DNA from: a virus
Lineage: Duplodnaviria > Caudoviricetes
Length of the DNA stretch: 25,638 nucleotides
Reading direction: 5' to 3' (one strand)
Virus record (IMG/VR): IMGVR_UViG_3300044452_000280
Coordinates: 1-25,638 of that record
Every line of letters begins with the position of its first letter. The stretch's first letter is position 1. This document shows positions 1 to 7,077 of this stretch, piece after piece. The position numbers were made by a program, and so were the translations under genes. The notes under the pieces are model-generated. The model did not search any database, was not told the origin of the DNA, and saw nothing but the letters and a program-made list of their open reading frames with translations.

Positions 1-1180
1 GGCGCTCCACCAGCCGGGCAGCGACACGGACTCCGTGAGCGTCAGCGCGACGTCGACCGTCTGGCCCGAGCCCACCTCGACGGTGGCCTCGTCGACCTCC
101 CAGCGCGCCCCGCGGTGGGCGAAGATCCGGTAGGTTCCGGGCTCCACGGGGATGTCCAGGCGACCGTCGAGCGGGTAGGCGAGGGTCTCGCCGCTGCGGA
201 ACGACCAGCTGAGGCCGTCCTCGGGCAGCGCCCCGTCGGTCTTCGACAGCCGCAGCTCGAGGGGCAGTCCGTCGCCGGCGTCCACGGCGAGGATGCCCGG
301 CGGCGTCAGCGCCACGTCGCCCGTGCCCTCGGCGCGGCCGAAGCCACGGGCGTGGGGGATGGCCGGACCACCGTCGGCGAAGGCGGCCAGCGTGGCCGCA
401 CGGGGCTCGTCGGCCTCGATGCCCGACATGCGACCCCAGCCCTCGGGGAGGTCTCGCACCACCTTCGACCCCGACCCGTCCGCGACGAACCGAACGGTGC
501 TGCCCTCGGGGACCGTGGCCGTGGCGAGTCCCTCGGCGTCCGTGAACGCGAGGGTGTAGGGCAGGTCGTCGACGAACACGGTGACGCGCGCCCCGGCGAC
601 CGGCGCACCCCCGCGGTGACGCTGGCCTGCACGGTGTCGGTGACGGTGTCTGTGGCCTCGTGCCAGGCGTCGGTGAGCCTCGCGGGGTCGTCGCCGACGC
701 CGTACCACCGCGTCCACGTGTAGGTGTCGCCGCTCGCCACCGTGGTGGGCTCGTCGAACAGCGAGACCACCGACAGCAGGAAGTTCAGCACGTCGAGGCC
801 CGCGTTCGGGCTGGCCAGCTGGGCGTCGCGGAACACGCCGAGGGTCTGTCCTTGCTCCTCGTCGACGTAGGCGACCCAGGGCAGATCGGTCGGCACCGAG
901 CCCACGCGACCGGCGCCGGGCGCCCAGATGCTGCCGAGCACGGGCAGGGCGTTGAGCACGTCGCCGAAGGCCACGTCGAGGTCGGCCTCGGCGTGGATGG
1001 TGGTCGTCACCCGCAGCAGCGGGGTGTGGGGCTCCAGCACGTAGTCGGTGGTCCACCGCATGGTGTAGGGCACGATGAAGTCGTCGGACTCGAAGGCGCC
1101 GAGCAGGTAGTCCAGCGGGGCGTCGACGCCGGTCGAGACGCTCGACGACGCCCTCGTCCAGGTCGATGGTGGTAGGCACG
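1..1180 (-). pseudogene. 5'-truncated, frameshifted host gene, probably a CehA/McbA-family (PHP-like) metallohydrolase with carboxypeptidase-regulatory-like domains; continues beyond the window's left edge
   Basis: Protein-like translation needs two frame changes. VPTTIDLDEGVVE (~1179-1141) is followed by ...TGVDAPLDYLLGAFES...TYTWTRWYGVGDDPA...VQASVTAG (frame of track ORF 306..1211). After the C5 run at 608-612 it reads GAPVAGARVTVFVDDLPYTLAFTDAEG...LDIPVEPGTYRIFAHRGARWEVDEATVEVGSGQTVDVALTLTESVSLPGWWSA. The PGTY..AHRG..W...PGW.SA ending is what usually precedes the D-x-H-x-H motif in this family; that motif lies outside the window. Confidence 0.6.
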
Positions 1181-1186
1181 CGCTTC

Positions 1187-1244
1187 GGTGGTCGGTGTCG
1201 TCGCATGCCATTCAGCGTAGTCGCGACGACGACCACTGACCACC
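1187..1244. repeat. imperfect inverted repeat / hairpin at the host-element junction
   Basis: GGTGGTCGGTG-TCGTCGC (1187-1204) pairs with GCGACGA (1223-1229) and CACTGACCACC (1234-1244). Confidence 0.6.
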
Positions 1245-1252
1245 TGTTCAGG
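1236..1252 (+). promoter_or_regulatory. candidate LexA (SOS) box, Myxococcus type
   Basis: CTGACCACCTGTTCAGG matches the M. xanthus LexA consensus as I recall it (CTRHAMRYBYGTTCAGS) at 16/17 positions. It is a CTGAAC-N4-GTTCAG palindrome with one mismatch, in intergenic DNA. Confidence 0.45.
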
Positions 1253-1326
1253 TGGCAGCATCCGTCGGACACCTGCCCGTCACCCTCGACACCCGAGAAC
1301 TGTCAGGCAGCACAACGCAGAAGCAC

Positions 1327-1382
1327 CGTTCCGCAGCACCAAACACTGTCAGTTCGGTACCCGACTTCTGGTGCTCCGAACG
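1327..1382. repeat. nested inverted repeat / hairpin
   Basis: CGTTC/GAACG, AGCACCA/TGGTGCT and inner TCGG-TAC-CCGA form nested complementary arms. Confidence 0.5.
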
Positions 1383-1429
1383 TCGGCCGTCTGGGCACGG
1401 TCGATGCAATCGCCTCCTCGGAGGCCACC

Positions 1430-1798
1430 ATGACAGTTCGCGCGCACCGAGCCACCTTCCTCGCCGTCGACCTGGATGGCGACCTCTACGGGATCGGTGA
1501 GACCGCCGACGACGCGCTCGCGGATGGCCGCCGCGTCCTCAAGGAGCTCATCCGGGCCGAGAGCGAGGGCGAGATGGTCGATGTCTGGCGGGAGGCGTTG
1601 GCGAGTCTGCGGGTCGTCGAGTGTTGGTTGCCGCGGTCGGTGATGCGGGGGCTGACCGAGGCGGATGACCAGGTGCGGGGGTGGTTGGCGAACGCCGGTT
1701 CCATTTCGAGGCGCCACGAGGCAGACTCCAACGACGGCACTCACCCGCCCGAGGAGACAGCGTGCCCGGCTCCCCAGAGGAACGGATCAAGGAACTAG
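1430..1798 (+). CDS. small hypothetical protein with a HicB-like N-terminal motif
   Basis: GGAGG RBS at 1420-1424 before ATG 1430, high-GC3 codons. GIGETADDALADGRRVL resembles the HicB G-x-T-x-E-E-A-L-x-N-A motif. The last ~35 codons overlap the next gene and look like read-through. Confidence 0.6.
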   Translation: MTVRAHRATFLAVDLDGDLYGIGETADDALADGRRVLKELIRAESEGEMVDVWREALASLRVVECWLPRSVMRGLTEADDQVRGWLANAGSISRRHEADSNDGTHPPEETACPAPQRNGSRN

Positions 1799-2844
1799 AG
1801 CGGGAACTCGAGCGCGTCGAGCAGGAGCTCAAGGCATACCGGAAGCGTGCCGAGTCCTACGACCGTGCAGCGGGGTTCGCGACCAAGACGGCGGTCCGCT
1901 TCTGGGTGACGGAATCGCTCGCATCGTCGATCGAACGCTGGTTCGCAGCGCTCCGGAAGTGGCGAAGCGAAGACGACGAGGCGTTCCCAGAAGCTGAAAC
2001 GGCCAACCTCGTCGCGGCAGTGATCCGTAGGCTCACATACGTCAGCGCAGCTGGCGTTCTGCTCACGCTTGTCCCCTCCCTCCTCATCGTGTACCAAACG
2101 TCGCTGCTTACTGAACAGAACCAAATAATGGAGCGCGAACGGCGATCAAGCGAAGCGTCGTCAAGGGCTCTCCGCGAGGCACAACTGCTGAGTACGATGT
2201 ACCAGCGAGACTCCTCGTGCCAAGAGTCCCGCAACAACGGCAAGTGCCCATTGGTCGCTCCATGCCAAGCAAGGCTGCAGGCAGTCAGCGCCTACCGTCA
2301 CCTCCGATGCGGCAAGGACGACCGTATCGAGCTGAGTGACCTGGACGTCGCAGGATGCAGCTCGATCGGCCACGGATGGCCCGCCACCACTAGCGACAAC
2401 GAGGCCAAGCCGACCACGGGCTGCGGGAGGGTAGCTCTCCTGCGCGCAGACTTCCGGGACACCGACCTCCACCGGGCGAGTCTGAACGGTATCGACCTTC
2501 GTGGCGCGAGGCTTCAGGGCGCCAACTTGTTCAAGGCCAGGCTCGACGGAGCCTACCTTTACGGTGCCAACCTGAACGCGGCTCGCATAGACGGCGCCGT
2601 ACTCTCCGACGCTGACCTTCGAGGGGCAGACATGAGAGTGTCGTCCTTCGCGGACGTCGACTGGGATGGCGCGCTCTACGATAGCGCCACCTGCTGGCCC
2701 AGCGGCTTCAAGCCGATTGCGTCGATGAGGAACTACAACGACAGGTCAACCTGGGGTGATGGCTACGAACCCCCAGAGCATTCGAACGGCGGCAGGACGC
2801 TTGGTGAACCGCTCAGCCCGTGCGCGGCGGCTACCACCAAGTAG
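1681..2844 (+). CDS. membrane-anchored pentapeptide-repeat protein (start uncertain, possibly GTG ~1762)
   Basis: N-terminal coiled coil (EERIKELERELERVEQELK), hydrophobic segment (VSAAGVLLTLVPSLLIVY), then A(D/N)LxG-type repeats ADFRD-TDLHR-ASLNG-IDLRG-ARLQG-ANLFK-ARLDG-AYLYG-ANLNA, ending in ALYDSATCWPSGF. Confidence 0.85.
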   Translation: MVGERRFHFEAPRGRLQRRHSPARGDSVPGSPEERIKELERELERVEQELKAYRKRAESYDRAAGFATKTAVRFWVTESLASSIERWFAALRKWRSEDDEAFPEAETANLVAAVIRRLTYVSAAGVLLTLVPSLLIVYQTSLLTEQNQIMERERRSSEASSRALREAQLLSTMYQRDSSCQESRNNGKCPLVAPCQARLQAVSAYRHLRCGKDDRIELSDLDVAGCSSIGHGWPATTSDNEAKPTTGCGRVALLRADFRDTDLHRASLNGIDLRGARLQGANLFKARLDGAYLYGANLNAARIDGAVLSDADLRGADMRVSSFADVDWDGALYDSATCWPSGFKPIASMRNYNDRSTWGDGYEPPEHSNGGRTLGEPLSPCAAATTK

Positions 2845-2912
2845 CAGAGTGGGCTGCGTGACAGGCGACGGCCCCGATTGTTCGATCTGACAGCACAGAC
2901 TACACTCCCACC

Positions 2913-4325
2913 ATGAGCCGCCGCCAAGCACTCCTGTCCGCCCTCTCGTTCCTCCTCGGAGCCGAGACCCCCGCCGCGCCTACGCACCGCGGCGACTCAT
3001 GGGTGTTCTCCGGCGACATGGGCTTCGGCAACCTCTCCAAGGACAAGGTCGCCCGCACCCGTCCTCCGACCACCGTTCGTCCACTGAAACCGAACGAAGT
3101 GCGCGGTCTCCTCCTCCGCGGTGGCCTCCCCCGCCGCATCGCCTTCGAGCCCCCCAAGGCCGCCTGTCGGAAGGGCTGGTCGGTCGACATCGGCACCAAC
3201 GTTGGCATCACCGCCGAGTTCGACGCCGCCCACAACATCCGGCACAAGCTGGTGAAGGCCGTGGGTGCAGCTCGGAAGGACGGCGGCTGTCACCTGCTCC
3301 CCGTGACTCGCGGCTCGCAGGACCTCTCCCAGCCCCTCGAGGCAGGACCTCGCGAGATCTCGGCGGTCCACGTCGTGCCTCGCGACCAGTGCATCCCGAT
3401 GACGTGGGAGGACGACCCCCACACCGACGCCGTCGGTCTGCCGCGCACCTGGGACGTGACCATCACCCGCGGGAACGTCTCGGTGCCGCTCGGTGAGGTC
3501 CACCGCTCGCGGCTCGTCTACATCCCCGGGGTGGACCTCGTGGACGGCCAGCAGTCGCCCGTCCCCGGCTACGACTGGCCCATCATCGAGTTCTACTGGA
3601 CGGCCCTGCGCGACCTCGGCCTCCAGCTCTCCGCCGGCGTCCACCTCGGCGTGTCGCTGTCCGAGGAGTACCTGAACATCAAGGCCGGGCGCTCGGTCAT
3701 GGCCGGCTCTGCGGGCAACGGCGGCCAAGGCGGCAGCGTCGTCCAGAAGGCCCTGCAGCTCTACAACATGAGCCGCTCGGTCATGGGCACCAAGGTCCTG
3801 CTCGGCGACGACGAGGTCGGCCGCAGCAACGCCACCGTCGCTGGCTTCCGCGACCTCATCCTCGCGTTCTACGAGGCCGTCGCCACCGTCGAGGGCATCC
3901 CGCTCGTGAAGCTGTTCGGCATGCCCCCCGCCGGCATGACCAGCGACGACGAGAGCGCGACCCGCACCTGGCTCGAGTTCCTGGCGACGATGCAGAGCGA
4001 CGAGCTGGCCCCTGCCCTGCTCGCGCTCTACGACATCGCGTTCGGCCCTGATGCCTCCCGGGTCGTCACCTGGGCACCGCTCACGGAACCGACGGCGACG
4101 GAAGAGGCGAACCTCGAGCTCACGCGCGTGCAGGCCGCCTCGCAGCGCATCGTCGCCGGCATCACCACCGAGGCCGAGGAGCGCACCCGCTACACCGGCC
4201 CCGAGGTCCTCCCGATGCCCATCGTCGCCGGTGCCATCGACGAAGGCGCGGACGACGACGACCTCGACGAAGCCGAGCCCGACCCGCCGGGCGACGACGA
4301 GGACGACGAGCAGCAGGCCGCCTGA
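2913..4325 (+). CDS. phage portal protein, DUF1073-like
   Basis: 470 aa. VHRSRLVYIPG and GIPLVKLFGMPPAGMTSDDES motifs, W-x-P-L-x-E-P-T, acidic C-terminal tail. Lies directly before the Mu F-like gene. Confidence 0.88.
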   Translation: MSRRQALLSALSFLLGAETPAAPTHRGDSWVFSGDMGFGNLSKDKVARTRPPTTVRPLKPNEVRGLLLRGGLPRRIAFEPPKAACRKGWSVDIGTNVGITAEFDAAHNIRHKLVKAVGAARKDGGCHLLPVTRGSQDLSQPLEAGPREISAVHVVPRDQCIPMTWEDDPHTDAVGLPRTWDVTITRGNVSVPLGEVHRSRLVYIPGVDLVDGQQSPVPGYDWPIIEFYWTALRDLGLQLSAGVHLGVSLSEEYLNIKAGRSVMAGSAGNGGQGGSVVQKALQLYNMSRSVMGTKVLLGDDEVGRSNATVAGFRDLILAFYEAVATVEGIPLVKLFGMPPAGMTSDDESATRTWLEFLATMQSDELAPALLALYDIAFGPDASRVVTWAPLTEPTATEEANLELTRVQAASQRIVAGITTEAEERTRYTGPEVLPMPIVAGAIDEGADDDDLDEAEPDPPGDDEDDEQQAA

Positions 4326-5263
4326 TGCCGGTCGTGCGCGTCCGTCGTGGCTCCCAGGTCGGCTACCAGTTCCAGCCCGGCGGCCGCTTTCACGCGTACC
4401 GGAAGGGCAACACGCGCTCACGGCGGGCTGCTCGAGCGCTCGCCGATGCCGACCAGCGTCGGGCTCTCGGTCCGCGGCGACCGTCGTGGAAGCCATACGA
4501 GCGCCTCCTGCTCCGGTTCGCTGACCAGCTCGGGAACGACCTCATCCGGCCGATCCTGTCCGAGCTGCCTGCATCGCGCGTGATCACGTCGCAGGCCGAG
4601 GTCGCCCAGGTGGTCGCGCAGATCAACCGGCACCGCTCGCGACGGACTCCCCCACCCTCACCGCAGTCGTTGCTCCAGCGCGGCGCCGTGGTCGTCTCCG
4701 TCGCGTCCCGTTCTGCTCGACAGCAGCTGCGACGGGCGGGCATGTCCACGCAGGACCTCGCGATCCGTCTCGGTGTCGAGCCCGGCCGTCTCATCGGCAT
4801 CGACATCGCGCCAACGCTCGCCGACCAGGAGCTCCTCCAGCAGTGGGCGGCGACGAACGTCTCGCTCATCCGAACGATCCCCACGCGGCTGCAGACCGGA
4901 CTCGACCGGGTCATCGCCGAGCAGGTCCGGGTGGGCGCGCGACACGAGGTCATCCGGAAGCAGCTGCAGCGGGTGCACGGGACGTCGCGGTCGAACGCGT
5001 CACGGATCGCCGTGGACTAGGTCCTCACGTTGTCGTCCGACGTGACCGCGGCGACGCACGAGGCCGCCGGGGTCGTCGAGTACATCTGGCGGACCGCGAA
5101 GGACCGGGACGTCCGAGAGGGACACGAGCGCCTCGAGGGGACGAGGTGGCCGGTGCGCGGATCGGGGGCGCCTGGTGCCGGAACGGGTGGCGGGCATGCG
5201 CATCCGGGCGAGGCGATCCGGTGTCGGTGCTATCGGGAGCCGGTGGTTGAGCAGCGCCAGTAA
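4325..5263 (+). pseudogene. phage head morphogenesis / minor capsid protein (Phage_Mu_F / SPP1 gp7-like) interrupted by an in-frame TAG at 5018-5020
   Basis: Track ORFs 4325..5020 and 5030..5263 are in the same frame: W..TNVSLIRTIP...ASRIAVD*VLTL...YIWRTAKDRDVREGH...HPGEAIRCRC. The TAG sits where the Q of the conserved RIA-x-DQ motif is expected. Confidence 0.88.
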
Positions 5264-5702
5264 TGGTCCAAGCAGCCATATGAAGGCGCGTGGCGATACG
5301 CCCCGACAGGATCGTCCGTAGACGCGCTGCACCAGACCCGGCGACCTGACCCCTTGGCACGTCCGGTTGGCCTCACGCGCGACTCTAGGCCGAGCCTGCG
5401 ATTGCAATCATCGCGACACGGTACTCCGGCATGATGCGCACCAAGCCGGTCAGCCCCAGATCCGCCCATAGTCAAGCTAAAACGCCGGATCGTGCAGAAT
5501 CCAGCACTTCAGTTACACACGCCTCGTTGGCACGAAGCACCGACGAACATCGCCGACATCACGCACTCCTTCGACCTGAGTTCAAGTCAGGGCCCCGGCA
5601 CCGCTGCACCCAGGCTGCAGCACCTGGGAAGGCACCGGTTCGCGCGACGCCCACGAGGTACACCCATGCAGAACAAGCTCAAGCGACTTCGCAGCGCTCG
5701 TT

Positions 5703-5749
5703 TGCTACACGGCGTAGCACTGGCTAATGCCATGCTACAAGCCGTAAGA
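5703..5749. promoter_or_regulatory. two tandem operator-like palindromes upstream of the PadR-like gene
   Basis: TGCTAC-ACGGC-GTAGCA (5703-5719, perfect arms) and TGCTAC-AAGCC-GTAAGA (5733-5749), 30 bp apart, ending 10 bp before the ATG. Confidence 0.6.
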
Positions 5750-5759
5750 AAACTCGACC

Positions 5760-6146
5760 ATGACTCGGATTCTCGACCGCCTGAAGCCTCTGTTGGCGAG
5801 CCTCTCGGCTGGCGTGGAGGATGCGGAACTACCAGACGAAGTCGCAGACTACAGTCTGGGGCGGAAGGAGGCGGAGATTCTGCGGTGCCTCATCGCCGAT
5901 GGCCCTTCCTTCCCCAAGGATCTAGCGAAGAACAACCCGGACCGGATCGTCCGGTCAGCGGTGTACATCCAGCTCCAGCGGCTCGTGGACAAGGGTTTCG
6001 TAGACGCCGAGCCCGAGTCGGTCCCGCTGGACCAAATTCGGACACCGCGGAACAGGTACAGCGTATCCGGCCTCGGTGTCCGTGCGCTTCAGGCGCACGA
6101 GTTGGCCCGGCTCGCATACGCGCTAGTCCCGGCTGGAGGTGCCTGA
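5760..6146 (+). CDS. PadR-like winged-helix transcriptional regulator
   Basis: EAEILRCL...GPSFPKDL...RSAVYIQLQRLVDKGFVDA...RNRYSVSGLGVRAL follows the PadR pattern (Y-x-x-L-x-R-L-x-x-x-G-x-V ... R-x-x-Y-x-x-T/S-x-x-G). Confidence 0.82.
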   Translation: MTRILDRLKPLLASLSAGVEDAELPDEVADYSLGRKEAEILRCLIADGPSFPKDLAKNNPDRIVRSAVYIQLQRLVDKGFVDAEPESVPLDQIRTPRNRYSVSGLGVRALQAHELARLAYALVPAGGA

Positions 6147-6688
6147 TGTCTACGGCTTTCACCGTGGTCCTGACTGTTGGGACAGTCGGAGTGGCCGCCG
6201 CTGCAGGCAGCTACTTGGCTCGGCTCCTGGAACGCGTCGATGATGAGAGTTGGACCACCTTCGTCGACTCGCTAGTTCAAGAACTGGCCCTAGACTGGGA
6301 CCTAGAGGTGAGCGACCTTCAGCTGCTCCCCCAGATGGTGCGGTACTTGGACAAGCTTGCGTCCACCATGCAAGCACACTTCCGGGGTGTCGAGCGTTCC
6401 GCTCCAGAGGCAGGCAGGCAGCACATCATCGTCTCTCCCGGAGCCGGGCTGAAGCGCCTTCTGCGCTTCCTCCCTCGAGGACTCCGAAACGCGGCCTCGG
6501 AAGTTGTCGCCGAGGAACAGGCGGAGTGGGTCGACGCTCACATCGATGACGACACCACCCTCGCGCGCTTCATCCGCGTGCGGATGCCAGTACGCGTGCT
6601 CGGAGTGGTTCTAGCGTCGCCCATCGCGTGGATGCTGGACGGCGGCGGGCGGTTCCTCGATCGCCTCATGCGTGGTGGCAAAGTCTGA
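6146..6688 (+). CDS. hypothetical membrane protein coupled to the PadR-like gene
   Basis: TGATG overlap with a GGAGG RBS. N-terminal hydrophobic helix (AFTVVLTVGTVGVAAAAGSYL) and C-terminal hydrophobic segment (VLGVVLASPIAWML). Confidence 0.75.
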   Translation: MSTAFTVVLTVGTVGVAAAAGSYLARLLERVDDESWTTFVDSLVQELALDWDLEVSDLQLLPQMVRYLDKLASTMQAHFRGVERSAPEAGRQHIIVSPGAGLKRLLRFLPRGLRNAASEVVAEEQAEWVDAHIDDDTTLARFIRVRMPVRVLGVVLASPIAWMLDGGGRFLDRLMRGGKV

Positions 6689-6997
6689 TTCGTGTTCCGC
6701 ACATCTCAGTTCGACCTGTCTGACCGCTGACGCCGTCGCGAGCCCGCAGTCCGAGCGGCGCTTCGCGATGTGATGGCAGCTTCGGCACGGTATATCGACC
6801 TCGGCAACGAGCCCCTTCTGCCGCCCACATCGGAACGGTGTCCAAGCCGTAGTCGTTGGTATCGGCAGCTTCCGCTCAAGCTCTCCAGAGGCGAGCCTAC
6901 AGCCTCACGATCAGCTTCGCCTGCCTGTTTCAACAGCGCGCCAGCGTGTGCCTCGCAACAACTCGCCAGCAGGGCGTGCGAGCTGAACAGTCATCGT

Positions 6998-7065
6998 CGC
7001 GGGGACCGTGTTCGGTCGATTCATCGACCAAGCAGTCGATTCATTGACATCGAACACGACCCGCG
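6998..7065 (+). promoter_or_regulatory. nested palindromes with a TTGACA -35-like box upstream of the main head-tail operon
   Basis: GGTCGAT-TC-ATCGACC (7014-7029) and GTCGAT-TC-ATTGAC (7035-7048), flanked by CGTGTTCG/CGAACACG and CGCGGG/CCCGCG. TTGACA at 7044-7049; only a weak -10 (TAGCCG) 17 bp later. Confidence 0.55.
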
Positions 7066-7077
7066 GTAGCCGTTCGC

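Noticed and set aside
2913-4325. Anti-CBASS Acb1 activity, a label often given to DUF1073 proteins
   Set aside because: No appended 2H-phosphoesterase domain with paired HxT/S motifs is evident; size and position fit a plain portal.
5018-5020. Phage-wide TAG-to-Gln recoding (genetic code 15)
   Set aside because: Only one internal TAG is seen. Other genes (ending 2844, 21417, 25066) use TAG as a plausible true stop, the last directly before the endolysin start.
5492-6145. Long N-terminal extension of track ORF 5492..6688
   Set aside because: It overlaps the PadR-like gene in another frame; the real start is the RBS-backed ATG at 6146.
6689-6997. Small ORFs and a GC hairpin (~6735-6768) downstream of the PadR cassette
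   Set aside because: The ORFs lack an RBS, codon bias or motifs, and the hairpin has no U-tract, so neither a gene nor an intrinsic terminator is supported.
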